Shown in pieces: positions 11,501 through 19,478 of a stretch of DNA of 64,000 nt (its first letter is position 1; each line of letters begins with the position of its first letter). Both the position numbers and the translations under genes were made by a program. Where the stretch lies: assembly GCA_934096235.1 (NCBI GenBank), contig CAKOLO010000002.1:301919-365918 (forward strand). Reading direction: 5' to 3'. Below the pieces are notes generated by a model. The model was not told where the DNA came from. It saw nothing but the letters and a program-made list of their open reading frames with translations, and made no database searches. The stretch comes from an uncultured Bacilli bacterium. Lineage in GTDB: Bacteria > Bacillota_I > Bacilli_A > RF39 > UBA660.

Positions 11501-11677
11501 TTCATTATATACTTCAGTTGCTTCATTTAAATTAGGAAGAACTAAAAGTAAATTTTTCTTTAACGTTAAAAAGATATATAACAATAATTGGTTATATATT
11601 TCATTCTTAGTAACTGATATCTTTTTGGTATTATCAATATTAAAATCAAATAATTCTTTATATAAATTATCACTCAT
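8525..11677 (-). CDS. mfd: transcription-repair coupling factor Mfd
   Basis: 1050 aa; RecG-like helicase motifs (GDVGYGKTEV, DEEHRFGV, SATPIPRS), TRCF C-domain. Confidence 0.95.
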   Translation of the reverse strand: MSDNLYKELFDFNIDNTKKISVTKNEIYNQLLLYIFLTLKKNLLLVLPNLNEATEVYNELKNYLDEVYLFPEDDIMTKTAIASSPELLFMRANILNKFNDSKAKIVIVHLNSFIKKLPSKETFIKNKIKLSKGKKINRDDFIKKLTEIGYKRESMVYDTSDFSVRGFVVDVYPINEENPIRIEFFDDEIEKIKHFEVITQKSVDEIDSIEIQSIKDDFGDNSSSIREYIGDGTVIFSNYNQLLNQEKMIQPQLKYLEIEDSIYKVKDLTKKEDIFLDTINNKNSDLDIEAKSIANYENNKEAFTEAIEKYNGVLYTTNKLLTKEIKKLDKNIKIVNNTLNHGFVYKNNYYFSEFDLYGRKNKQELTRDKSLGTKIMSIDTIKPGDYVVHRKSGIGIYMGITTIEKKGLKKDYLLIQYKGNDKLYMPVEDISKLYKYSAKEGAKPTINKLNSVEWTKTKLRIKERIKSITGELLKIYQERNKATIEPFKKDDEEQEIFESEFEYEETVDQLKAANDIKRDLEKPRPMERLLCGDVGYGKTEVIFRAMFKTVENGKQVAYLCPTTLLSHQQYDSAIERFKNHGINIDLINRHFTNKQVQEKLKRLKEGKTDIIFGTHRLLSSDVEYKDLGLLVIDEEHRFGVEQKEKIKKLKSNVHVLSVSATPIPRSLQMSLVGIRDLSLIESAPKNRYPVQTYVIEYNEMLIREAILKEMSRKGQAFILYNNITNMETLVSKYKKLIPEARICYAHGKMTKNEMQDIIYDFTNKEYDVLVSTTIIENGIDIPNANTIIVIDSDRFGLSQLYQIRGRVGRGDKIAYAYLMYKKEKVLNPTALKRLEAIKEFTELGSGYKISMRDLAIRGAGDILGKEQAGFIDSVGVNMYLDLINEEVNGIKVDENEEKEPTMIDVATHIGKEYTDESEIVIELHKKINGITNKKELKEVLSEIRDRFGMTNHELELYAHEKYLEKLLMITGVKILENDNLKVVLKLKKEIYESISVEKLFIESTKITTKFNFSYKAGSILVTLLKATLEKDYIYYLEELLEVIYNLKFQV

Positions 11678-12233
11678 TTTTATTCCTATTGTATTTTTCC
11701 ATTAGTTCATCAATATTATGATTTGAAAAGTCATTTATAATGTTAGCAACTTGTGGAAGAATAGATTCTATCTTTTTATCTTCTTCAGGAGTAAATTTAC
11801 CTAGAACATAATCCATTAGTGGTATTTCATTTTTAGATATACCTATTCTAACTCTTTGAATGTTCTCGGTTTTTAGATTATCTATTATATTTCTAATGCC
11901 ATTGTGTCCTCCGGCACTACCACCTCTTCTAATCTTAAGTGTTCCAACTTCAAAGTCAACATCATCATAAATAATTAGTATATCATTAATATCAATATTA
12001 TAGAATTTTACTATTTCACGGACTGATTCTCCTGATAAATTCATGTATGTTTGTGGTTTTAGAAGAATTAATTTTTTATTGTTAACAACTTGTTCACAAT
12101 ATAACCCCTTAAATTTAGATTTAAATGTAAGATTATTTTCTTTTGCATAATAATCTATTGCTCTAAATCCACAATTATGTCTTGTTTTTTCATATTTTTT
12201 TTCTGGGTTTCCGAGTCCTACGATTAATTTCAT
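11670..12233 (-). CDS. pth: peptidyl-tRNA hydrolase
   Basis: MKLIVGLGNPEKKYEKTRHNCGF, GGHNGIRN motifs. Confidence 0.9.
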   Translation of the reverse strand: MKLIVGLGNPEKKYEKTRHNCGFRAIDYYAKENNLTFKSKFKGLYCEQVVNNKKLILLKPQTYMNLSGESVREIVKFYNIDINDILIIYDDVDFEVGTLKIRRGGSAGGHNGIRNIIDNLKTENIQRVRIGISKNEIPLMDYVLGKFTPEEDKKIESILPQVANIINDFSNHNIDELMEKYNRNKNE

Positions 12234-13085
12234 TTAGTCCTCCTTATATTCGTTATAAAGTTTGTTCTTACTAACATTGTATCTATCTGATACTTCTTTA
12301 ATGGCATCTCTTTTTGAATATCCTTTTTTTAGTAGACTGTTGATAACTTCTTGATAATTAACTTCTTGTTCTACTTCGGTATACCCTTCAACTATTATTA
12401 CCATTTCACCTTTTATTCTATCACAAATTTTAATAATATTACTAATATTATCTCTTATTACTTCTTCATATAATTTTGATATTTCTCTTACGATTGCAAT
12501 TTTTCTATCGCCTAAAACATCCTTTAATAATTCTAGTGTGTTTTTTATTCTATGTGGTGCCTCATAAAAAATTAAAGTTTGTTTTACTTCTTTTAAATCA
12601 ATAAGTTCTTTTCTTGCTAGTGTTTGTTTGCTGTTTAAAAATCCATAGAAAAGAAACCTTTCATTACTTATTCCTGACATGTTAATTGCTGGTAAAAGTG
12701 CATTGGGTCCAGGTAGAGCTATTACTGTAATCCCTTCTTTTATAGCTTCATCAACTATAACATTTCCTGGATCACTTATAAGAGGAGTTCCTCTATCTGT
12801 TACATATCCAATGTTTTTTCCATCTTTTAAAATATTTACAATCTTATCTTTGTGCATCATTTCAGTATACTTATGACAAGATTCTACCTTCTTTTGAATA
12901 TTTAAATGTTTTAATAAATTTAAAGTTTCTCTTGTATCTTCTGCATAAACAATATCTACATCTTTTAAGGTATTTATTGCTCTTAAAGTTATATCTTCTA
13001 AATTACCAATTGGAGTTGGTATTAAATAAAGTTTTCCATATGGACTTTTATCATAACTTTTTTGTATCATTTTATCACTTCCCAA
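12234..13085 (-). CDS. rsmI: 16S rRNA (cytidine1402-2'-O)-methyltransferase RsmI
   Basis: GKLYLIPTPIGNLEDIT..AEDTR tetrapyrrole-methylase-like N-terminus typical of RsmI/YabC; the true start is likely at an internal Met. Confidence 0.8.
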   Translation of the reverse strand: MGSDKMIQKSYDKSPYGKLYLIPTPIGNLEDITLRAINTLKDVDIVYAEDTRETLNLLKHLNIQKKVESCHKYTEMMHKDKIVNILKDGKNIGYVTDRGTPLISDPGNVIVDEAIKEGITVIALPGPNALLPAINMSGISNERFLFYGFLNSKQTLARKELIDLKEVKQTLIFYEAPHRIKNTLELLKDVLGDRKIAIVREISKLYEEVIRDNISNIIKICDRIKGEMVIIVEGYTEVEQEVNYQEVINSLLKKGYSKRDAIKEVSDRYNVSKNKLYNEYKED

Positions 13086-13812
13086 ACATTTCTAATACCT
13101 CACTAGTATAGCTATTATCGTTGTTGTGAATATATAATGGAGGTAATATTTTTAATCCTTCTTTTCCATTTTTTCTTCCATCTATTAACACTAGATTAGA
13201 TTCAGTATTAACTTTAGGATATATTAATCTCATTCGTTTTGGTTCTATATTATGTTTTTTCATTAACTCTATAATTTCAATTAGTCTATCAGTTCTATGA
13301 ACTAGTACTAACGAACCTTCATTTTTTAATAATGCTTTACTTATAATCATTACATCTTCTAGTTCCATTTCTATTTCATGTCTTGCGATAGACTTAACTT
13401 TGTTTTCATTAATAATACTATCATGTTTTTTCTTAAAATATGGTGGGTTGCATGTAATTATATCAAAAGTTTCCGTATTAAAAATTTTCTTTAGATTTTT
13501 TATGTTTTCATTTACAAGTTCTATTTGATTATCAAGGCTATTTATTTTGATTGTTTTTTTTGCTAAATCATATATTTCCTTTTGAAGCTCAACTGCATAT
13601 ATTTTAGCATTTGTTTTAGTTGATAAAATTAGTGGAATTGGTGCATTACCAGTACACATATCTAATATTTTATTTGTCTTTTTTGGTATTTCTACAAAAT
13701 TTGGTAATAAAACCGAATCTAAACTAAAATTAAAATAGTCTTTATCTTGAACTATTTTAATATCTTTAAAATATACTAAATCATTTATTTCTACTTTTCC
13801 CACATTTACCAC
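13075..13812 (-). CDS. SAM-dependent tRNA (adenine-N6) methyltransferase, YabB/TrmN6-like
   Basis: NPPY motif (TCNPPYF) and a Gly-rich SAM loop (DMCTGNA). Confidence 0.6.
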   Translation of the reverse strand: MVNVGKVEINDLVYFKDIKIVQDKDYFNFSLDSVLLPNFVEIPKKTNKILDMCTGNAPIPLILSTKTNAKIYAVELQKEIYDLAKKTIKINSLDNQIELVNENIKNLKKIFNTETFDIITCNPPYFKKKHDSIINENKVKSIARHEIEMELEDVMIISKALLKNEGSLVLVHRTDRLIEIIELMKKHNIEPKRMRLIYPKVNTESNLVLIDGRKNGKEGLKILPPLYIHNNDNSYTSEVLEMFGK

Positions 13813-14590
13813 TACACTTTAATGGAACTACTATTTCTTCTTTTGTTCCTGATTCGGTTAATATTGTATACTTTCTATTTGGAATGTCAACACTTATTAC
13901 AGTCGCATCTTCTTTTTCGTGCTTGATTTTATCTCCTACTTCTGGTAAATCTTTTCTAAATTCACTATATAAATCATCTTCATATTTTAGGCAACATAAA
14001 AGTCTTCCGCATAATCCATTAATTTTACTTGGATTTAATGATAAATTTTGATTCTTTACTTGGGCTATTCCAACTGAATCAAGATCATTTAGAAAGCTTG
14101 AGCAGCATAATTTTCTTCCACATTGACCAATTCCAGAGATTTCTTTTGCTTTATCCCTTACGCCTACTTGTCTTAATTCAATACGGGTTTTATATATTGC
14201 TGCTAATGATTTTGCAAGTTCTCTAAAATCTACTCTATTATCTGCTAAAAATTGAAATACTAATTGTTTTCTATCAAATGTGAAATATGCATCTAAAAAT
14301 TTCATTTCAAGTGATAACTTTTCTGCTAATTCTTGTGCTTTTTCCAATGCTTTTTTTGCTTCTTTTATATTTGTTTCATTTTGTTTTATTTCTTTATTTT
14401 TGGCAATTTGTATAACTTTTGTATGTTCCTTACCATCATTTAATTCACCAAGAAGTACACACACTTTTCCAAATTGTTGTCCTCTTTCAGTTTCTACAAT
14501 TACATAATCTTCACAGTTTATTTCTATATCATTGTCAAAAAAAGTATATTGTTTTCCACCTGATTTAAATTCTACTCCTACACATTTCAT
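13781..14590 (-). CDS. ricT: PSP1-domain protein YaaT/RicT (stage 0 sporulation)
   Basis: PSP1 C-terminal domain with Cys cluster (CGRKLCC, CGRLLCC); conserved position between the methyltransferase and holB. Confidence 0.75.
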   Translation of the reverse strand: MKCVGVEFKSGGKQYTFFDNDIEINCEDYVIVETERGQQFGKVCVLLGELNDGKEHTKVIQIAKNKEIKQNETNIKEAKKALEKAQELAEKLSLEMKFLDAYFTFDRKQLVFQFLADNRVDFRELAKSLAAIYKTRIELRQVGVRDKAKEISGIGQCGRKLCCSSFLNDLDSVGIAQVKNQNLSLNPSKINGLCGRLLCCLKYEDDLYSEFRKDLPEVGDKIKHEKEDATVISVDIPNRKYTILTESGTKEEIVVPLKCSGKCGKSRNK

Positions 14591-15387
14591 ATATTACATC
14601 TCCACATTTCTATAATAAATCTATCTATACTAAGATTTTTATTTAAATAATTTTGCATTAAATTAATCGTATTATCAATTATTAACATCTTATTTAAAAT
14701 ATTAGTTAAATTGTTATTATCTAATATTTTTTTATTTAAATAATCATCATTTTTTTCTTCTATTATTGATTTTAATACTTTATGATATTCATCCATCATT
14801 GTTTTTAAAACTTTAATAAATTTATCTCGATCGCTTATTATATTATACATTTTATAATTTTTTGCAATAGTTTTTGGACCGTTTTCTTCTATAGAATTTA
14901 TTAAATCATTAGTAATTTCTTCAATTTCTTTATTTAATTCTAATTTATCCATAGATGATGTTAAAAATATTTTTTGACATCTACTAACAATTGTTGGTTT
15001 AACTGCGTCTATATTATTTGAAATTAAAATTGCATAGATTCCTTCCTTAGGTTCTTCTAATGTTTTTAATATTGCATTGAATACAGTGTCTGATAAATAT
15101 TCTGTTTTATCTATTATATAAACCTTTTTATTGTTAAATTGAGAAGTTGTTGATAATTTGTTTAGTAAATCCTTTATTACATTTTTAGTAATATTAACTT
15201 CATCTTGTTTTAAAATATATACATCTGGATTATCTTTTAAATTATCAATACTATTATTAAATATATATTTTTGTAAAACTTCATTGATTTCATTTTGAAC
15301 ATCATCAAAAAGAACATTTCCAATTAGAAATGCTTGACTTAGTTTGTCTTCTTCATTAAGTTTTTCAAAATACTCTACTATGTTCAA
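14587..15387 (-). CDS. holB: DNA polymerase III delta-prime subunit
   Basis: AAA-like fold without an intact P-loop; position directly upstream of yaaT as in Bacillus; 266 aa. Confidence 0.65.
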   Translation of the reverse strand: MNIVEYFEKLNEEDKLSQAFLIGNVLFDDVQNEINEVLQKYIFNNSIDNLKDNPDVYILKQDEVNITKNVIKDLLNKLSTTSQFNNKKVYIIDKTEYLSDTVFNAILKTLEEPKEGIYAILISNNIDAVKPTIVSRCQKIFLTSSMDKLELNKEIEEITNDLINSIEENGPKTIAKNYKMYNIISDRDKFIKVLKTMMDEYHKVLKSIIEEKNDDYLNKKILDNNNLTNILNKMLIIDNTINLMQNYLNKNLSIDRFIIEMWRCNI

Positions 15388-15594
15388 TTACTACTCCTCA
15401 ACAATAATATTTTAAGTATATTAATGATAATACCGCTAAAAAGTCAAAAAATGTTACTAGTATTATTGTATATATATTTATTGGTATTATTTTTCCAACT
15501 TTGCTTATAAAAATATTTACTGTGTATAAAAGACACAATGCATAAACAATTTTTTTAATTACAAATATAATCATGTCATCTATAAATATTATGA

Positions 15595-16203
15595 TTATTT
15601 TTCATTTGATATTACTTTTCTATCGTCCCACGCTTTAGATATCATTATCGGATCTAAATATTCTATATCAGATCCCATCGGTATACCATATGATAGTCTT
15701 GATACTTTAATATTATATTTTTCTAATACTTTTTGAATATATAAAGATGTTACTTCTCCTTCTATTGATGGGTTTAAAGCAATTATAACTTCTTTTATAT
15801 CTTTTGTTATTCTATTATTTAATAGACTATAGAGGTTTAAATCTTCAGGATTTTTTCCTTCAATAGGTGATATTACTCCATTTAGTACATGATATAAACC
15901 ATTGTATTTTTTTGTTTTTTCTATAAAAAATACATTTTTTGAATCTTCTACAATACAAATTGTACTTCTATCACGGTTTTTATCAGAACAAATATCACAT
16001 TCATCTGTATCAGTTAAGCATCCACAAACCTCACAATATCTTATATTTTTCTTAAAATCAATAAGTGCATTAGCTAAGTTTTCAACTTCTTCTAGTTCTT
16101 TATCACACAATGAATAAACATACCTTTCAGCAGTTTTTTCACCAACACCTGGAAATAATGTTAAATTATTAACTAAATCAGTGAAAATTCTTGGAAGTGC
16201 CAT
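15595..16203 (-). CDS. recR: recombination protein RecR
   Basis: C4 zinc finger CEVCGCLTDTDECDIC and Toprim domain; 202 aa. Confidence 0.9.
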   Translation of the reverse strand: MALPRIFTDLVNNLTLFPGVGEKTAERYVYSLCDKELEEVENLANALIDFKKNIRYCEVCGCLTDTDECDICSDKNRDRSTICIVEDSKNVFFIEKTKKYNGLYHVLNGVISPIEGKNPEDLNLYSLLNNRITKDIKEVIIALNPSIEGEVTSLYIQKVLEKYNIKVSRLSYGIPMGSDIEYLDPIMISKAWDDRKVISNEK

Positions 16204-16205
16204 TA

Positions 16206-16526
16206 TTAAAGTAATCCTCCAAGACCATTAGTGTATTTTCCTAATTTTTTTTCTTTTTCCTTTTTAACTTGATTTATAACGTCATTTACTGCAACGTAAA
16301 TAATATCTTCTAGCATTTCTTTATCTTCTAGTATGTTTTCATTTTTTATTTGAATTTTAGTAATTGCATATGTTCCTAGTGCCTCTACTAAAACATTTTC
16401 ATTTTCATATGTGAAAACTGTCTTTTCTATTTCTTTTGAAGTTCTTTCTATATCTCCTTGTAATTTTCTGGCTTGTGCCATTATACTTTGCATATTCATA
16501 TTAAATTTTTCCTTTCTAATCCTCAT
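16206..16526 (-). CDS. ybaB: nucleoid-associated protein YbaB/EbfC
   Basis: 106 aa; MQSIMAQARKLQ..G..GGLL terminus; in the dnaX-ybaB-recR operon. Confidence 0.85.
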   Translation of the reverse strand: MRIRKEKFNMNMQSIMAQARKLQGDIERTSKEIEKTVFTYENENVLVEALGTYAITKIQIKNENILEDKEMLEDIIYVAVNDVINQVKKEKEKKLGKYTNGLGGLL

Positions 16527-18120
16527 TATTTATAATACTATCACCAAATAAATTTTCAACAGTATTCTCTAAAATTGTTGTATTTTTTGATTTTTCTATT
16601 TTATCTATTTCTTCGATGTATTCATATTTTTTTCCATTTTTTATATTACTGATGTATTCTTTTTTTATCTCATTCCATTCATCTATATTTACTGCAACTA
16701 TAGAATATTTTTTATCAAAAATTTGTTTTAAAAGTTTTTGAATTTCTATAATATTTTTTTCAAATAATACAACTTCAAAATTATTCTTAAAACTAAATAA
16801 TACATTGTTTTCTGAGACAACTTCTGGTATTGCTTTTTGCATTAAATTAGCAACCGAATTATATTCTTTATTTGATAAAAATTCTTTAATATTTTCAAAG
16901 TTTTTCACAAAAGAATTTTTAAGTAATTTATCAGCACCACATAGGGCATTATTAATTTTAATTTCTTTTTCTTGATCATTTTTTGTTTCATTTTTAATTT
17001 CAATTTTTTGGCTTAATTTTGGTGTTTGTTCTACTTTTTTAATATTTTTTTTGTCAAAAATTAAAGATGATTTTAATAAATATATTTCTACTAATACTTT
17101 TTGATTAGTTGTCTTTTTTAACTCATTTGAAAGTTTAAATAAAATGCTTGATAAATCTAGAAATTTTTCTAGATCAATTCTCGCAAAATTGCTTAATTTT
17201 TGTTCATATTCTTTTGAAAAATAATTATCTGAATTATTGTATATAATTATATTTCTTATTACTGTTTGAAGTCTATTAGTTATGTTAATAAAATTTTTTC
17301 CTTCAGAAAATAATATATCAACACTTTCTAAAATATTTTTAATGTCATGTTCAGTTATTTCTTTTAATAATTCGATTATTTTATTTTCACTAACATCACC
17401 TATTAAATTATAAACATCATCAGTATCTATATCGGTTTTATCTAAAGATATTAATTGATCAAGCATATTAATGGCATCTCTCATTCCACCATCACTAAGC
17501 TGAGATATCAATTCAACTACTTCAGGTTTAATTTTTTTATTTTCCTTTTCTAGTATGTAATTTAATCTATTTTCTATTTGATTTATAGTTAGTTTTTTAA
17601 AATCAAATTTTTGACATCTAGAGATTACAGTCGCAGGTATTTTGTTAAATTCTGTAGTTGCAAGAATGAATATTACATTTGATGGTGGTTCTTCTAACGT
17701 TTTTAATAATGCATTAAATGCGCTTGTAGATAACATGTGAACCTCATCAATTATATATACTTTATATTTTAAATGGTTTGGAGCTAGTTTAACATTATTT
17801 CTTATTTCTCTTATTTCATCTACTCCATTGTTACTTGCAGCATCTATTTCTACGATGTCAATTTCATCATCGAAATCAGATAAGCATACACTGCATTTTC
17901 CACATAAATCGCCAGATTCATTTTCAAGGCAATTTACGGCTTTTGAGAAGATTTTTGCAATACTAGTCTTTCCTGTACCTCTAGGTCCACTAAAGATGTA
18001 AGCGTGGCCTATTTTGCCTGTTAAAATTGAATTTTCTAATATTTTAATAACAATTTCTTGCCCAACCACATCTGAAAATGTTTTTGGCCTATATTTTCTA
18101 TACAACGATATGTAAGACAT
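16516..18120 (-). CDS. dnaX: DNA polymerase III subunit tau/gamma
   Basis: Walker A GPRGTGKTS, zinc module CxxC..CxxC, DEVHML box. Confidence 0.9.
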   Translation of the reverse strand: MSYISLYRKYRPKTFSDVVGQEIVIKILENSILTGKIGHAYIFSGPRGTGKTSIAKIFSKAVNCLENESGDLCGKCSVCLSDFDDEIDIVEIDAASNNGVDEIREIRNNVKLAPNHLKYKVYIIDEVHMLSTSAFNALLKTLEEPPSNVIFILATTEFNKIPATVISRCQKFDFKKLTINQIENRLNYILEKENKKIKPEVVELISQLSDGGMRDAINMLDQLISLDKTDIDTDDVYNLIGDVSENKIIELLKEITEHDIKNILESVDILFSEGKNFINITNRLQTVIRNIIIYNNSDNYFSKEYEQKLSNFARIDLEKFLDLSSILFKLSNELKKTTNQKVLVEIYLLKSSLIFDKKNIKKVEQTPKLSQKIEIKNETKNDQEKEIKINNALCGADKLLKNSFVKNFENIKEFLSNKEYNSVANLMQKAIPEVVSENNVLFSFKNNFEVVLFEKNIIEIQKLLKQIFDKKYSIVAVNIDEWNEIKKEYISNIKNGKKYEYIEEIDKIEKSKNTTILENTVENLFGDSIINNED

Positions 18121-18164
18121 AATAAACCTCCTTTAGATATTATATCAAAATATTTATATATTAT

Positions 18165-18575
18165 CTATCTTTTATTTTTGAAGAAATTACTTAATATTTC
18201 ACTAAAAATGCTTTCATATTCACAATTTTTTATTTTTGTTATTATCATATTGTTATTAACATTTTTATTATTATCAACTATATAATATATTTTCTTAATT
18301 CTTGCTTCATTTATAACTGTTAAACACATGTTGCATGGTTTTAATGTTACATATAATTCACAGTCATTTAAATTCCATGATTTAATTTTTTTGCATGCTT
18401 TTTTTATAGCGAGTATTTCTGCATGTGCCATTGGATCCTTTTTTGTAATTTTTTGATTATATGCACTGGAAATAATTTGTTTGTTTTTTGTTATTACACA
18501 TCCAATAGGTACTTCATCTTTTTTAATAGCTTTAGTTGTTAATGATATAAGCTTTTTATAAATTTTTTCATTCAT
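18165..18575 (-). CDS. tadA: tRNA-specific adenosine deaminase TadA
   Basis: CDA zinc motifs HAEILAI and PCNMCLTVI; a start at MNEKIYKKL (18575) with RBS GAGGAAAAG is preferred over the longer track ORF, which would run through the SRP RNA. Confidence 0.8.
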   Translation of the reverse strand: MNEKIYKKLISLTTKAIKKDEVPIGCVITKNKQIISSAYNQKITKKDPMAHAEILAIKKACKKIKSWNLNDCELYVTLKPCNMCLTVINEARIKKIYYIVDNNKNVNNNMIITKIKNCEYESIFSEILSNFFKNKR

Positions 18576-18594
18576 ACTTTTCCTCACAAAAAAA

Positions 18595-18664
18595 GTGCAC
18601 ACAGAATAGTGTTTAAGGCTGCTATCTTCCGATTCTGACCTGATTCGCATTCTTTCTGTTGCAC
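18595..18664 (-). ncRNA. ffs: small (4.5S-like, ~70 nt) signal recognition particle RNA
   Basis: Minus strand reads GUGCAACAGAAAGAAUGCGAAUCAGGUCAGAAUCGGAAGAUAGCAGCCUUAAACACUAUUCUGUGUGCAC followed by a U-run. It contains the conserved domain-IV core CAGGUCAG...CGGAAG...AGCAGCC and a closing helix GUGCA../..UGUGCAC. It sits next to tadA and dnaX, as scr does in Bacillus. Ends are approximate. Confidence 0.55.
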
Positions 18665-18711
18665 AAATAAATTATATATTATTTTAAATATTAAATCAAG
18701 TATTTTTATTA

Positions 18712-18727
18712 TGTTCCACGTGGAACA
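18712..18727. promoter_or_regulatory. parS-like site 1 (perfect palindrome TGTTCCACGTGGAACA)
   Basis: Exact 16-bp palindrome matching the Firmicute parS consensus TGTTNCACGTGAAACA; followed by TAATGTTAATAAC. Confidence 0.7.
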
Positions 18728-18997
18728 TAATGTTAATAACTTATATTATCTGCACATTAATAAATTTAATATAATATTTCAATGTTAATTAATTTCAAAT
18801 TAATTTGTTTATAATTATAGTTTATTTATTAAAGTATAAATTATTTTTTTAGTAAAATATTTTATTTATACATTCTTTAATAGTCAAAAATTGTAATATT
18901 ATAAGTTATATGTTTATTATATAATTCTTAAATATAGTTTTAAAGATTTCATTATGCTGTCAATTGCATAATAATTTATATTCATTTACTTATTTTA

Positions 18998-19013
18998 TGT
19001 TCCACGTGGAACA
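18998..19013. promoter_or_regulatory. parS-like site 2
   Basis: Identical 16-mer; followed by TATTGTTAATTAC. Confidence 0.7.
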
Positions 19014-19177
19014 TATTGTTAATTACTTTGAATTATTGTTTATTAATATTCTGTTTTTTCGTTAGCAACTTTACTTTTTATTGAAACATTTTTGTTTAAT
19101 TTTATAATATTTTATTCTGATTATTAAATTTCAATATAAAACCTAATGATAATATATTATTTATTTTAATAAAAAAT

Positions 19178-19193
19178 TGTTCCACGTGGAACA
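19178..19193. promoter_or_regulatory. parS-like site 3
   Basis: Identical 16-mer; followed by TTGTTAATACAAC. Confidence 0.7.
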
Positions 19194-19399
19194 TTGTTAA
19201 TACAACATATTTTGGACTTCTAATAATAATTTTCTTTCTTTCGATTGTTAATATGTTATATACATGTTACTTTATAATTAATATTTTGGATTTATCATTT
19301 TTTCGTGATGCTTTGTTAATAAATTTATCTATTTTTTGACCTTATTATTTTAATATTTCTTCTTTATTTTTTTCTAATATTTTGTTAACTGATTTTTTA

Positions 19400-19415
19400 T
19401 GTTCCACGTGGAACA
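19400..19415. promoter_or_regulatory. parS-like site 4
   Basis: Identical 16-mer; followed by TTGTTAATAACT. Confidence 0.7.
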
Positions 19416-19433
19416 TTGTTAATAACTTTTTTT

Positions 19434-19447
19434 ATTTCCCGGGAAAT
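19434..19447. promoter_or_regulatory. Noc-binding-site (NBS) consensus palindrome ATTTCCCGGGAAAT
   Basis: Exact match to the 14-bp NBS consensus described for B. subtilis Noc. It lies inside a 16-bp perfect palindrome TATTTCCCGGGAAATA flanked by T-runs, 18 bp after parS-4 and 13 bp before parS-5. CCCGGG is otherwise very rare in this ~25% GC sequence. Confidence 0.6.
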
Positions 19448-19460
19448 ATTTTTTTCATTT

Positions 19461-19476
19461 TGTTCCACGTGGAACA
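19461..19476. promoter_or_regulatory. parS-like site 5
   Basis: Identical 16-mer; immediately precedes the A-run/hairpin of the gyrA terminator. Confidence 0.7.
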
Positions 19477-19478
19477 TT

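Noticed and set aside
18165-18650. Longer tadA start (MRIRSESED...) as given in the ORF track
   Set aside because: The extra N-terminal 25 residues are translated from the SRP-RNA sequence and its terminator stem. The conserved deaminase begins at MNEKIYKKL, with a GAGGAAAAG RBS immediately upstream at 18576-18590.
18712-18727. LexA (Cheo box), Rex or E-box-type operator interpretation of TGTTCCACGTGGAACA
   Set aside because: The Firmicute LexA box is CGAAC-N4-GTTCG (GAAC..GTTC orientation), whereas here the order is GTTCC..GGAAC. Rex (TTGTGAA-N4-TTCACAA) does not fit. There is a full 16/16 symmetric match to the parS core TGTTNCACGTGNAACA.
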